Assembly: GCF_052425735.1 (NCBI RefSeq)
Contig: NC_135762.1
Location: 7,192,001-7,256,000, forward strand
Direction: 5' to 3'
Length of the DNA: 64,000 bases
DNA from: Oculina patagonica
Taxonomy: Eukaryota
Shown piece by piece: positions 46,736-60,498 of this stretch. The translations under genes were made by a program, and so were the position numbers. A model generated the notes under the pieces. It was not told where the DNA came from and did not search any database. It saw only the letters and a list, made by a program, of their open reading frames with translations. How positions within the stretch are numbered: the stretch's first letter is position 1; the number at the start of each line of letters is the position of its first letter.

Positions 46736-48959
46736 GATAGTCAATTCGGCTGCACCTCGTTGACTAAATAGAAACACGAGTATGTTGAGGGAACAAGAGC
46801 CGATAGGCGAGTGTTTCCACAGCTTCTTCGAGTTCTCTCAAACTTTCACAACACCCGGAAAGCATGTTTCTATTTCTTTTAGAAAACACCGCGAGGAAAT
46901 TTATTTAATCACTCGTTTTTTTTTTTTTTTTTGATCATCAAAATGTAAATTCTCTTTGCTCGCGCCGTCATAACGTCAACATACAGCTCGTACCAGCTAA
47001 GTGTTTCTGTCCAATAATAGAGCCGAAACCAATCGTGGAATTCCACTCATTTTTAGGCATCCTACTGGTGAACGGTTACGGCAATTAGATATTTTCAGGA
47101 GCGTCATTGTGTCCATGGTCTGTCCCCTTAAAACACGAGTACGGCTTTTAGTGCGCGCTTTCTTACAGAATGTTTTCTAAATATTTATGTTGGTTATGAA
47201 AGCAAGCTTTATAGGCGAGCAAACAGTTGCGTTCAATTGAAGGAGGGACGTTTATTTCCATACGCAGTATATGAGCCTTCGTCAACTTAGCTGAGGCACT
47301 TGCACAATTTCTTCCGGCTGTAATATTACTGAGATTTTCAATGAGCCAGTTAATTTTCCTTCCTTTGATGTAAATGAAGGTTAATTTCTTTCCGTTACGG
47401 TTAACAGAAGAGTAAAAATACTTTTCCAATGTCTTAAAATGTTAAAAATGTATTTCCATTGGTATTAAACATAATTAAGGTCTTACGACCTTCGAATTGA
47501 GCTGTCAAAACGTCTGTCAACTCGTGCCATGACACATTCGGTAGACACTTCCAAAAACTTCCTAATTAAGAGTATCGGCCTTTTTAGATACCAAAACACA
47601 TAAAAGGCAAGACAGAAACAGTCTTGACAAGAGATCTTGAGACCTTCCTTTAAGTGGCTTGAATTTTTTACGGTAAAAATTTTTAACGGCTAACGGTTAG
47701 AATGTTTACAATTTTTACCACTGGCAGTTAAATTTTTGGCTGTTTTACGGCTAACGGCTGACCCCATTGAGACCCTCGTAAATGGCAATGCATATGTCAA
47801 AGTTATCAATTCAAAAAATTTATACCTGTCGCATTGACTGAACAACTAACTTTATAATTTCAAACAGCCAAAAAATTAGCCGTTAGGCATAAAAATTAAA
47901 AAAATTAACCGTTAGTCGAAAAATCTGAAAAATTTCCAGTCACTAAAATGAAGGTCTCAAGATTTCTTGACAAGGCTTTTTTGGCTTGTCTTTTATGTGT
48001 TTTGGAACCTAAAAAGGCCGATACTCTTAACTAGGCAAGCCGGAAGTGTTAGAAGTGTCTGCCGAATGTGTCATGGCACGAGTTGACAGAAGTTTTGACA
48101 GCTGGAAATTAATTTTTAACTTTTTTAAACAACTGAAATTAGTTTTCACACTTCTGTTAACCGTAACGAAAAGAAATTTATCGCTAGCCGAAAAAGAGCC
48201 AAAATATTAACCGTTAGCCGTTAATGCCACAACCCCATTTAGACCCTCAGGAACGCCCAAAATGGGTTCGACCGCTGGCCATGGTCATTTGTCTCTCAAG
48301 AGGGAGTATGACGAAGGACTCTGTCTATTAGTGAAGCCGGGCTACACCAATGGCTGCTTCCTGCATGGAAAGCGTGGTTGGCTACAGTGAAACTGAGTGT
48401 AGTTCACTTTTTTTGTTTCATTTTTTGCGTGCGGAATCATTTGCAAAAATACTCTGTGCAATACTTGAAGGAGTCTGATTGGCTTATTATAGTTATTGGC
48501 CCACTGACTATCTCAGTCGTGTGGTTTGGCAAGTATCGGTTTTGCCTGCGCTTTGCTAATCGTGTTCCGCCTTCCTTTGGACTTCTCGTCTCGTCTCACA
48601 ACGGTAAGATTTCTATTCTGTGCCATAATTATAATTTTCAACTTTTATAAGATACCATACTTAAAGATACTTGTTTGAGTCGATTATAACTGTACAGATT
48701 CACAAAAAAGGCTGCTATTTTCGGATTTTCCATTTCCGCACGGGTGTGTACGACTGTTGTGCTTTGCCAAATTAATAAATAAAACCATGAACTGGAAATA
48801 ATTGCGATAAATCTGCTACCCAGGTAAGTATTATGTCCATATCATTAATAGCTCATATGATAATAGCTCAACGGTTGGAATTTTTAAAACAGACTTTCAA
48901 ATGCTTGCTCGGGCTTCCTTATTGCTTGTACTAGTGTTGGTACGGGATGCCTCGAGGTA

Positions 48960-49387
48960 CAGAAAAAGCCCGCGAGTAAGAACCTTTTGTTTTTAAAATT
49001 AGCCTAAACAGGTTCTAACATAAAGGGTTAAAACACAAATCTAGGGCAATTTGGTTCTTAATAGGTTCTTAACTGATTTCTGAAGAAAAATTTCGTTATA
49101 GAGATTTTAGTGGTATTTGGTCTTTTTCTTATATGAAATCTGCATACCATATAGCGTTTATGCAAAAATGAAGCACTAATCATTCAGAACATAACATTAT
49201 ATACATGTACAGTAATTTCTTGTCCAAACCATTTTCCCAAAAGTAGACATTTCTAATCAATTTTAAAAATTAAAAACCTGTTTCCAAATTTTAGGCTAAA
49301 TAGGTTCTTATAAAAATGGCATCTAATTAGCAAATTTTAGCCTAACAGGTTCTTTAATGTTAGGTTCTTACTCGCGGGTTTTTACTG
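48960..49387. mobile_element. Tc1/mariner-like MITE
   Basis: TA|CAGAAAAAGCCCGCGAGTAAGAACCT ... AGGTTCTTACTCGCGGGTTTTTACTG|TA; empty site GAGGTACTCC at ~22065. Confidence 0.85.
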
Positions 49388-52147
49388 TACTACACAACAT
49401 ATATTGGGCGAACGTGATCTCACTTTGCATCTTCTTCATCCTGAAGCGTTCCGATCTAAGCGAAGGAAGAAACCTTTGACGCTTGTTTAAAGTGAAATTT
49501 TCTTTTAAGGGGGTCGGTTGAGTTAAAAATGAGATAAACGAACTTTAGGGATATACAGATGAGATGCACAAAGATAGTTCTCGGAAAAGGATATGACTGG
49601 GTCTTCTTGTCGTAGTAGGTTTTATCTTAATAACTTTTATCAGTGTGTATGTTGTGTTTTAAATTTATATTTTTTGAATTTGTCAAACCAGTTTGAATTT
49701 GATTTTCCATTGTCTCATATGGCTTGCCTTATCATGAAACAAAGGAAAATTAAAATCAAGCTGAATTAAACCAAAGAGAAATTTAAACCACAACATGTAT
49801 GCACAATAATGATTTATATCCATCAGAAAGTAAATTAAGAGGTGACTAACTCATCGAATTTACAATGTATTACTAAGTAGGCTTTTCCGAATTTCATTTT
49901 TTGACGCATCAGTTGCGTTCTTTGAACTTCCGTGTACAATATCATGCACAATAGGTTATACTGTTCTGATTTACCCCCGGCGATCGCTTCTAATATTGTG
50001 AGAAATTAAACCTTTCACTCCTAAACGCGCATTTTAGGCGCTATTTGGAGGTACAGTCATTGAACCACTTGTGACGTCATTAATTAGCACGTCAGTGGAA
50101 TTTCTTGATAAGAATTTGATAGAGCTTGGATCCACCTTTCTACAGGAAAGTTTATTTTAAATATCGGTTGCATTATGACAGAGCTAATCAAAGAAAAACA
50201 CAATCCATGTTTGGTGCAAAATCGTTGCTACTAACCTGTACAAGTAATTGGTCGAGGTCCCCTTTTCAGGGTTTTCCAATGATAACGTCAGACCTTTTTT
50301 GGTCAGAAGAAAGGATTTGAAGAGTAGAAAGTATAAACGAGAATAAAAAATCGGAGAAAACGGAAGCGAAGGGGGCAAAAAAAATCGGAACGGTTCAGGA
50401 AAAAAAGTCCAAATTTTGGCTTATGTGCATGCACCAAAGTGAAATATTGTACATTTTGCACAGAATCTTTATCAATATGTCGCTGAAGTGTAAAAAAAAG
50501 TGCTTCTTTGGCAAAGTTGAGGTAAATTCAAGACCATAGCACCAAAATTTCAGTTTAGCGGTTAAGAAAACGCGTTTTTTTGGGAAAATGTGGAAGTCAA
50601 AGGGTTAACGTTAAAGAGACAATACAATAATTTTTCACAATGGCGCACGTTGGCCGTGATATGAGATGGTAGATTTCCAATGAGGCGCGTAGCACCGAGT
50701 TGGCTATACTTATGCCATATCCAACAAGCGCGAGTGGAATAACTGTCTTATCAAAATACCCGGCTTTTCTTGTTGATGCGTATACCTACCATATTTGTGC
50801 TCAATATATACACCTTATTTGATGGTTTAACATATAATACGCGCGGATATTTTGCGAGTTGCGTAGTATTTTTCCGAGCCCCGTAGCGGCGAGGAAAAAT
50901 GCGAGCAATGAGCAAAATGTCCGCTCGTATTATATGTTTAACCATCGAATAAGGGATCTATTATTCCACTATTTCTTCCACTAAAGTTTGGGTCCGTATT
51001 CCGTAAGTTTGTCCGTTCGTATTTTTGCCCTGTTCTACAGTGTAATAACGTGACCTATTTTGCGGGTTCTTTTGCCCTAATATGGTAGAATGGCGCAATA
51101 GTGGAATAATGCAAGCTCATATACCACTGCTGTTAACCACGCAAAACTCAGGAATTGCAATATATCATTGCTAGTTTTAAATAATATGGAATATCCTACT
51201 TGTCACTTGTATTTTTTTGTAAACACTCTTGCCTTAGCTTTTCATTAATATTTCATAATAGGCATCCATTTTTCCGAAATGTGCAACGCATAAGTGATAA
51301 ATTAAACTTAAACTGAAAAGCTTTTTGAAAATTTTACATTACTGGAAAAAACTATAAATCTAGCAACATTATATCTACTGTCAGCGTCAATTTCGTTACA
51401 TTTCCTATACAGTAATACGCTGCAGAGTCTAAAACATCAAAGCAGTCTGTAGAACACGAGGCAAGACAAGTCTCTGAACTCTGTAGATGTTTGAATACAT
51501 TGGAAGATTTGTCCAATGATAAGTTAGTACTCGCGCACACGCGAAGAAAAATGCCGGTTTGTTTCACCGATGTAACAAGCTTGTTGTTGTTACGTTGAAA
51601 GTTTAAATCAAATGTATTCGCGTATGTTATGTGAAGTACGATAAAATTTTATAGTCAAGTCAAACTTGTTATTTCCAGCATGCCAATTCAGTGGCCAAAT
51701 GACTGAAGGCATCTTGAGTAAAATGTTCTTGAAGTATTATTCGGTTTATTCACAAAAAGGCATTATTTGAGGGTCTGAATGTGGGTACCTCAATAACACT
51801 TAACACATAATTTTTTGGCTCTGTAACATGAAACAGTTAAATTTTAGGCCATTTAACACTAACAGCAAAAAAATCACTTTAACAGTAAATTTTATCCAGA
51901 AAGAAACAACAAGGGCTCCAAAAAGGCCAAAGTTATTTCAGTTTAATATATAAAAAAGTTTTCGGCCATTTTCTGACGATTTCCGATCATTTTGGAAGAT
52001 TTCCGAAGACTACCAAATAACCCCGAAGACTGCCAAAGATTGCCGACAACTACTGAAAATTTCTAGAGAGTACCGAAGATGACCGAAGACTACCGAAGAT
52101 TTCCGAGGAGAAATCCGAAAATTTTAATCCGATTTTTGAGGAGCAGA

Positions 52148-52746
52148 TAGGGCTTTCCACAAGTTGCTCGAGATTTCCCAAAAAGTTGCCCGTAATATCT
52201 CAAAAAGTTGCTCCAAAAATCCAAAAACGTTGCTTCATATAATAAAGGTTGCTCGAAAGTTGCTCCAAAAAATGCAAAACGCTACTTCTAACCAAAAGAA
52301 TTTTTTCTAAATATATGTTAATTTCCCTTTGAGAGTAAGATCTTCAAAGCAGTTTTAAGCAATTTTACAGCAAAAGTATCTAAATAACATATTAAAGGGA
52401 ATATTATTTTGTTAAGTAACAAAGATTCCTTTAACTGGGAAAAATCGTGAAGATATTGATGACGTCATGTTTGCTAACGAGTTTTGTAATGTTTTATACA
52501 GAATGAGCCGAATGTTGAAACGTCTTCAGATGTCCCTCGAAAATCTTCGGCAAACGTCGTAAGTCTTCGGAAACGTTCGTTTTACCTTAGAACAGCACTC
52601 GTATAATCTTCGGAAATCTTCGGTCTGGAAATTGCTCAAAATGCAACAAGTTGCTCGAGAGGAAAAAAGTTGCTCCAAGGGGGAAAAAGTTGCTCGAAAC
52701 ATGAAAAAATGCCAAAAAGTTGCCGAGCAACTTGTGGAAAGCCCTA
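52148..52746. mobile_element. hAT-like MITE, 599 bp
   Basis: 23-bp perfect TIR TAGGGCTTTCCACAAGTTGCTCG; 8-bp TSD GGAGCAGA; multiple AAGTTGCTC subterminal repeats. Confidence 0.85.
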
Positions 52747-52819
52747 GGAGCAGATAAGAATTAACAATGCTAACATTTTTCACGAAAAACCCTCCAAACA
52801 CTTACATGTAACAGTATTA

Positions 52820-53325
52820 AATAATAAAGATGGTAAATTTCAAGCTCGGTAATAAATAATGAAGATGAAGTATTCAACATGACACGAACATGGGACAAAG
52901 AAAAAATCTGAGTCTCCGACGGGAATCGAACCCATGGGCTCTAACCAACTGAGCTACGAGAGACTCGTTGTGAGCTGGGCCATTTACTTGGTTGATATGT
53001 GACACGCGTCCTGCATACTGCTTGGATCAGCAATGTCGAAATCATCTGTCCTATGCTCGTGCCATGTTGAATACTTCATCTTCATTATTTATTATCGAGC
53101 TAGAAATTAACCATCTTTATTATTTACTACAAACTTGATGATTTCGACATTGCTGATCCTAGCAGTATGCAGGATGCGTGTCACTTATCAACCGAGGAAA
53201 TGGCCCAGCTCAGTTGGTTAGAGCGCCCAACCGGTATCTGGGAGGCCATGGGTTCGATTCCCGTCGGGGTTTCAGATTTTTCTTTGTCCCAGGCTCGTGA
53301 CATATTGAATACTTCATCTTCATTA
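52820..53325. repeat. Inverted pair of tRNA-derived SINE copies
   Basis: tRNA-like A box/B box (AGCTCAGTTGGTTAGAGC...GGTTCGATTCCC) at ~53205-53265; reverse-complement copy at ~52850-53045 with shared non-tRNA flanks. Confidence 0.7.
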
Positions 53326-53703
53326 CTTAACAGTAGTAACAGTATGTCCTTTGGAAACAGTAAACATTAAAAAAATGGCCAATGTAACAGCAAACACTAA
53401 AAATTATGGAAAAATAACACTAAACACTAAACCCCATTCATACCCTCTTATTTCAGTTTTTGTTTAAGAGCATCTAGCACACATGTTATAACCAAGTTGA
53501 AAAACGCGTGGTTCAGTCTCCGTAGGTGTTTCGGGTTTTTAAACTCAACTACCTTTCTAGAATAGCGAGCCGCTGGTCGGCCAAATAGCGAGTAACTTGA
53601 ATAGAAATATATTCATCACAGGATTTACGTTTTCTATATTTAATCTTTAGATTAAACTTGGTTTTGACTGTCTGATACAGATAATTGCTTAAAGATTTCA
53701 GAG

Positions 53704-56700
53704 ATGGACAGCAGCGAGAAAGTTCCTCCAGGTATGCTTACATTTCCGCTCTTTGCTACTGAGGGAATAAGGAGGAAGAGGAGGGGAGGGGAGGGGCGGG
53801 GAGTGATAGAAGTGGATGAAACGCAAAACAGTAGTTTGTAGTACATGGTAGTAGTACCGGCTACTGCATAGCCTCCGAGCGTATTAATGTTCAGCGCTCA
53901 AGGTCAAAGTAATGGTGAGGTGTTGACATATACATCAAAGGGACACTGTCACCAATTTTACTTCAAAAACTCAAGAGCCTAAAAACTTATGACAACTACG
54001 AATAGTGGTCCAATTTTGTTGAAAATCACTATGCAAGTGTACTAAAGCGGTAAACAACTGATATTATTGTGATGCCATCAGGAACTTTAGATCGATCTCA
54101 ACTTGAAAAAGTCAGGCTGATTATTTCAAGTTTTGTCCTTGTGGACTGGAAAAAACATCTCAAAATAAATATGGCTCCCTTCTTCTTCCTTTAACAAAAA
54201 TTTACCTTATATCTCCATCATGATGTACAAAGTGTATTTTATGTGCTATTCACCAATTTTAGTACTTTTTACCGAAAAGCATCACCCCAGTGTCTCTTGA
54301 CATTCAATTGGCGCAAAACGAAGCTTGAAATATTCCTCAAAAATAATAATGGAAGCCAATACAGCTAGTCCATCAGGCTTGTAACCCACAGAACATTAAA
54401 ACAGAAGATAAATAATACCATTTGTGATGACCATGCTTAGCGATTAGTACTCTCTGTCTTTGCATATAGATAATTTGTATAATAGTCTTTGGTTATATTA
54501 TGTTCAAATGAAGATACCTTATTATAGATTATAGGAAATTAACGCGTCATGAAATTAACGCGAATTTCACATTTTAGCGTTAATTTAAGTCGCGTTAATT
54601 CTTGTTAACGTTAATTTCCGCGCCGTTAATTAAGTGGAGCGTTAATTTCCATGACGTTAAATTCCATTATTTTGGCCCCAATTTTTCGTTACAGTCCAGA
54701 TGTTCTTGACTCCAAGGAAAAAACATAATTTTATCTTGCCACTATCATTGATACTGCGAAGAACGCTCAAAGTGGGAAAAGTACCACGAACATTGTTTTC
54801 GTTTAAGATTATTCGCCTACAAGTGTTGAACTAAACTTGTCCCTGTTGTGTACGTCGCGTTAATTTCCTTTATTTTGAAATGTTACTCCCTCTTTCGCGT
54901 TAATGTCCTTTATTGGGAAGTAATTTTTTCTCAGTTCAATTCGCGTTAATTTAAGTCGCGTTAATTTCAAATACCTTAATTAACCCAAGCGTTAATTTCC
55001 TATAATAAGGTAGTCAGGATTATCACATTTTCACATTTTAGAGATCATATGTAAGCTTTCGTAATTTAATAATATTGTTGCAGTGGATCCTCCACCGTAC
55101 ACACAGCAACCTGGTTACCCAGCTCAGCCTGGTTACCCAGCTCAGCCTGGCTACCCAGCTCAACCTGGTCAGCAGTTACAGCATGGTTACCCAGCTCAGA
55201 CTGGTAACACAGCTCAGCCTGGTTACCCAGCCCAGCCTGGTCAGCTGCCTCAGCCTGGTTACCCAGCTCAATCCAGAAACTCGCCACCTCAACAGCCAGG
55301 TTATCTATCACAGCCTGCCCAGCAATTCCAACAAAGTACAGCCGTGGTCAGTCTGGGCATGCCTGTAAGTTCTTTTATGCGTCTTTGTTCCTTGATATAA
55401 TTAAATACTACTTATTCAAAGTACCAGTGTGTTTTCTTTTGGCTAAGCTCTGTTTGCTGGGACAAAACACAACTACTCATTTTGGGATCTTTTTTGGTCA
55501 CAGGTGTGACCGTTTAATTACATAACAGTGACTGAAAGATCATTTTACAAAAACATACAAATTATCAACCCAGCACCGGTGAGGAGAAATCTGCCGTACC
55601 ACTGATAACCGGGTGATAAGTGTAACCGAAAACTGGAATGAAGGGAGGGAAAAATGGTATTTGCTTGTTAACGAAAGAGAATTGAACAAGTTTGCCTCGA
55701 TTCTAATGTAATTAGGACACATGAAGAATATCCCGTATGACCAAAAGTACCACCTAACGGAATGTTTAAATTATTTATTTAGTAAAACAGATACTCATGT
55801 GAATTAAGGAATGGCTCTTTTGCTCATGTGACGTTTTGGTCATTTCTTTGTGATTTGTTCCTTTTCTCAAACCTTTGCTTCTTTTAGTTTGTTATATTGG
55901 AAATGAAACTTTCCAATGATTGGCTCAGCCCCAAGCCCCAAGTGGTCACATGACGGACCACGCCCTTAAATGTAAAAATTATGAGCTTTTAAGTTACGGG
56001 ATGCAAATGTACAAGAAAACTCTCGTTTTTTCTCTCAAAACCTTTACCTCACGTAGCCAAACGTCCTGCTAAACGGAGATTTGGAAAATTCTTTATTATT
56101 TCTTCATTATTTCCCATTTTTGTCTGGTCCCACTCCCTCTCCAAGGGAAAGACGTTGTAATTGAAACAAAAGAAATAAATTTGTAAATCCCCGATTAGTT
56201 CTTCACACTTGGTAGTTACAGCCATTTAGTCAATCATTATACCTGCAAGTTCTCGTAACTTTGGTTTGAAATTTATATCAATAATTTGGGTGTGGTTTGT
56301 CACGTGACCAAGCAGGAATGACCTTTAAACCAAAAACTGAAACATTTCGTACAAACACTTTACCTTATGCATGCTTCTAAGCGAAAGCTTGAATAACGAT
56401 TAGATTAGATTACCCCCTCCAAAATTTAGCCTGACCCATTCCTTATTCATCTGAGTAGCCTTTATAAATTAAAATAGAAGCATATAACTGCTTGAGCCTT
56501 GTATTTTGCAAACCAGTTCGAACTGCTCAATCGTAATTCCTCAAATCTAGATTTAGGTCTCTAAAAGCGTTTTGGTTTGCATAGATTAACAACTCAGAAA
56601 TAAAAATAGTGCATACCACTGTACTGGAGATCTAAAGGATTTCTGTTATCGATCCGGACAATTTTTTTTTAACTTTGCAAAAAGTTGAACCTTAACATGC

Positions 56701-57049
56701 TGATCATTATTCAGTTGTTAAAAATGGGGGTCACCGGACTTGTTTTTGAGTTTAAGCACTGACACCTGTAAAGCTAAAATAAAGGGTGCTTTTAAAACCG
56801 TTACTATGGTTACGACTGACGTGAAAAAAATAACCATAATTTGTTTATCAATGATTGGTAAATTGTTTGATACCATTTTTGTAGCACTGACCCATAAAAG
56901 TATGAGAGCCGGAAAGTGCTGAAAACTGTTGTGAGTCTCCTTAAAGCCATTTCCGAGGATATAATTAATAAATTATTTCACGAGCGCGCGTTGGATATAA
57001 GCTGGTCATGGGCTCCTGATATGAGATGGTAGCGCCGAGTTGGATATCG

Positions 57050-57082
<33 letters not shown>

Positions 57083-59526
57083 TTTTTACTAGAAACGCCC
57101 CAAAATTGCAATATTTGAGCTCCCTAGCTGTTTTGTTGACGCGTATCGGCTACCATCTTGTGGTCAATGGTATATGAGCTCATAAACCATTGCCTGTTAA
57201 CCAATCAAAACGCAGGAAATGCAATACACCATTGCTGGTTTTTAATGATGATTAGTAGAGGGAACGTTTAGCTACTTTTATCAGTCCGTCCGTCCTTCCA
57301 TCAGCAACTGTAAACATTTTGTTTTAAATCCTTTATAGGAGGTAGCGTGGCCGAGTGGTTTAGGGAGCTGGTGTTGTAATCCGGTTTTTCCGGGTTAAAA
57401 ACGCTCCACCCTGCCACGCACTTGCTGAATTTGTATCTCGGTCGTCCTGAATTCAAATCCTCGGACACGCTTTGTATAGCCAACTGGTTTGCCTCCTGCC
57501 AGTTGGGATTTTTAATCATGTAATGTCTATTTAGAATATTTGTTTGCTCTGTTTCATTGGCATGTCTGCAAACAAGCTATTTCGAAGCTAAGTAAACGAC
57601 CGCTATAAACAACATTAATTTTTTTATTTTAATTTTAAATCTACTGACTAGTTCAGGGCGCTTGCGCGAGCCATGTGTCACTTAAACTTTATTGCAAAGT
57701 AGCGATAATAAAAGGATTGCATGAGAATTACACAAGACAGAGCAACAGGCCGTTTACTTCATTTATCAGTAATAAATTTATTAATTTATTTTTTTCCGTT
57801 ATTTTGTCCTAGGTCTCACAAACAATCACGTTGCCACCGAACCGTCCTCCAAATTACCTTTACGTTTCAATATGTACCTGCCTGTTTTGCTTTTGGCCTC
57901 TTGGATTAGTTGCGATTGTGTTCTCTTGTATGGTAAGGGAAAACTCTAGACCTAATACGAAGGAAACAAGTCCCAACACAGAATAGAAAGAACTGAATAT
58001 TTTTTTCACAGCCACGGGGGATGGTAGTGTTGTCAGAGCACAGGCGGCCTGAAACCCGGGTAGTGATTTTGATTGGTTGATTTAAAACTTGTTTTCATAA
58101 TTATGTGTAATATGGTTGAATTTCAACGTGAAAAAGCGTTTGCAAAGAGTTCCGTTTCCGAGAAATGAATTTATTACTACTTTAGTCTACCTACCATGGT
58201 CGGCGGAGCATTTTTCCAACTGGGGGAGGGGGGAGGCTGACTGGTGACTTGAAGTGGGGGGAGGACTTAAGGGACTCTTCTCTTATTAATTCTTCATTTT
58301 TTCTGTAAAAGTGTGTGTGTGTGTGTGGGGGGGGGGGGGCTAAGGCCCTCCAGCTCCCTCCCCCCCCCCTCGGCTCCGCCGTCCCTGCCTACGGATACAG
58401 AATCAGTTACGTTTTCTTGTTTTGTCAACAAAGCCGCTGGACACTTTTGTCACGTCCAACTAAACTCCGGTTCTTGATGCCTCTGTAACCGTGCAAATTG
58501 ATTCATTTAAGTACTCAGGAGTGTATTTATCCGCTGTGTAACATATTATATTTTGATCGCTATATAAAGCAAATCAGTTCAGATTAAATCGGTTCCGTAA
58601 AGTATATAGTTGCAGTCGATTAAAATCTCATCCATTTCATGCACGTTTTCGGCAGTTTACTTTTAGAACAATTTTATACCCTGCAATCCTTTAATAAAGC
58701 AATTTTTCTTTCGCAAAGTCATGGCCTCAACAGAAACTTTTCGGTATTAGCGGCCAATTTTTTCAGACGTCCCTTCTCAGGAGCAGGCCACCAGAGGGAG
58801 ACGTCTGGAATTCAGGCTAGCCCAGACGTTGTATTCGATCACTGTGACATTCCATATACCGTACTGGTATACAGCTATTTCAGTTGACGTTGTCCCGATC
58901 AATGCTTAAAGACAAGAATGAAAGGCAGTATGGGTAGAAGAAGAGAGTAACTGCAAGTGCTGAGTACTAAAATATATAGTGACATGACAAACGCGAATTT
59001 GCACGTTTTCTTTTTCTTCAAACATGTGAAACAAGGTGCTTTTAGCCACACTGAAAAAAAAAAAAAGAATTTTCAAAACTCAGAGCCAAGCGACAGTGAA
59101 AGTAAAGCTACAGAAAGGCTTCCTGAAATGAAAAACAAACTCGTGAATTATTCACGTGCGAAATACAAATTTGTGCATTTAATGAAGCTTATATGTAAAT
59201 TTGAAGTAAATACCCAAAACGTCATACGGTCTTGCCTTTTAGGTTTTAGCTTTGAACCGACAACGTTTATTGAAATAGCTGTATTGAATTGCAATTGAAA
59301 CGCAAATCGCATGGTAAATGCAACATGATTTTTGGACCAAAAAGGTTTTTTCCAAGTAAAGGTAACAATAACAAAATAATGTTTTTTTGGTTCCCAGGTG
59401 GACAGCTCATATGACGCAGGAGATTACACTGGTGCCTTAACAAACGCGACCATCGCCAAGTTGCTGAATTCAATTTCTTATCTTTTCGGTTTATTCCTGA
59501 TCATTGTTTTCATTACTACTCTGTAG
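53704..59526 (+). CDS. Proline-rich CD225/dispanin-family membrane protein (PRRT1/IFITM-like), ~185 aa
   Basis: Exons 53704-53731 (MDSSEKVPP), 55084-55364 (PPPY, QPGYPA repeats), 57813-57932 ([27 protein letters not shown]) and 59398-59526 ([13 protein letters not shown]...TM, TAG). GT-AG joins, 558 nt, continuous frame. Exon 1 is the least certain. Confidence 0.88.
54517..55010. mobile_element. TA-flanked MITE rich in CGCGTTAATTT repeats
   Basis: TA|CCTTATTATAG..GAAATTAACGC ... GCGTTAATTTCCTATAATAAGG|TA; a fragment of the same family starts at ~22137. Confidence 0.7.
57338..57530 (+). repeat. tRNA-derived SINE-like repeat in the dispanin gene intron
   Basis: 5' head GCGTGGCCGAGTGGTTTAGG (A-box-like), degenerate B box, then a non-tRNA body ending CCTCCTGCCAGTTGGGATTTTTAA. 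Confidence 0.6.
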
Positions 59527-60300
59527 TCAGTTGATAGTGTAACATTTTTTTTACTTTCACTTCAGAGAGATTAAAATTGTTAAGGTGCGCTTCCTTTTTG
59601 TGAGATCTGATTCTATAGGCTAATTCATTCCACTGCATGTTAATGTTACTAGTTGAAACTGAGCTAAATTTCATGCCGTTTTGCGGCTCTTAATAAAGGG
59701 GAGACCCTTTAGTTAACTACATAATGGTTACTATGGATGACTTCTAACTGTCTTATCTTAGGTTTCCTCAGTATCCTTGGTTTAGTTTTTGGTCATGTTT
59801 GCTCTATTGGAGGTCGGCTTCATTTTCGGTAGTAAACTAAGTCACGTGACCAGAACAGAAACCCTAAAAACTCACACAGCTTACATTTTTCTCCTTTATA
59901 TCAACACCTCGGATAGAGTGCATTTTAGAAGCAAATCTGTAGCATGGATGCATTTGTTAAAATTCACGTTACTGAAAAAACTATGACGTCATAAAGCTTT
60001 TCTGACGTCATAACTTTTAAAATAATGTAAATTTCATTATTAAACCCAGTATTCTAAGGGAGTCGAAGATATGACTAACAACCATTTTGTAGTTTAGGGT
60101 CTCCCCCGGCCCTTAAGGCTAGTTCGTAAATTATCTCCAATTTTACTAATCCATTGATAAAACTTTGGCCTCCCAAACATCCCCAAAAATCACCCAAAAA
60201 ATTATAAAAAAAAGCACTGCAAAATATATGGGATGAGTGAAGCGTTTTTGAATTCCTTGAAACGCGAACAAGATATTTCCATCCGTTTAACCCATATTAA

Positions 60301-60498
60301 GGTGGTTGATAACGGTTTCAGTGTTTTCCAGCGTTTATACTTTGGGTCAGTTGGTATTTCGGTAATGGTATGAAACAAATTCCCAATCATTGATCAATAA
60401 GTTGTTATCATTTTCTTGACAAAGTACCGGAAGAGTTGTAATACTGTCCCATCAAAGTGTTAGGTCTGGAAAATATCGAAAACCGTTATCAGCCACCT
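60301..60498. mobile_element. TTAA-flanked MITE
   Basis: TTAA|GGTGGTTGATAACGGTTT ... AAACCGTTATCAGCCACC|TTAA; degraded relatives at ~4600-4750, ~9715-10690, ~37970-38130 and ~56760-56945. Confidence 0.7.

Larger units (their letters stand above)
33660..49450 (+). repeat. Segmental duplication of the two-gene CniFL unit (paralogue of ~1-22130)
   Basis: Colinear similarity across exons, introns and intergenic DNA (2937-5170 vs 36744-38530; 15813-18443 vs 43963-47495; 21700-22130 vs 48580-49450), differing by TE insertions and one inversion. Confidence 0.88.
51769..53447. mobile_element. GAG..CTC element with 6-bp TSD carrying nested insertions
   Basis: TTATTT|GAGGGTCTGAATG ... CATTCATACCCTC|TTATTT; TAACAC/TAACAG subterminal repeats near both ends. 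Confidence 0.7.

Noticed and set aside
53200-53275. Functional tRNA gene
   Set aside because: The acceptor stem does not pair convincingly and it is embedded in a longer repeat present twice; interpreted as a SINE head.
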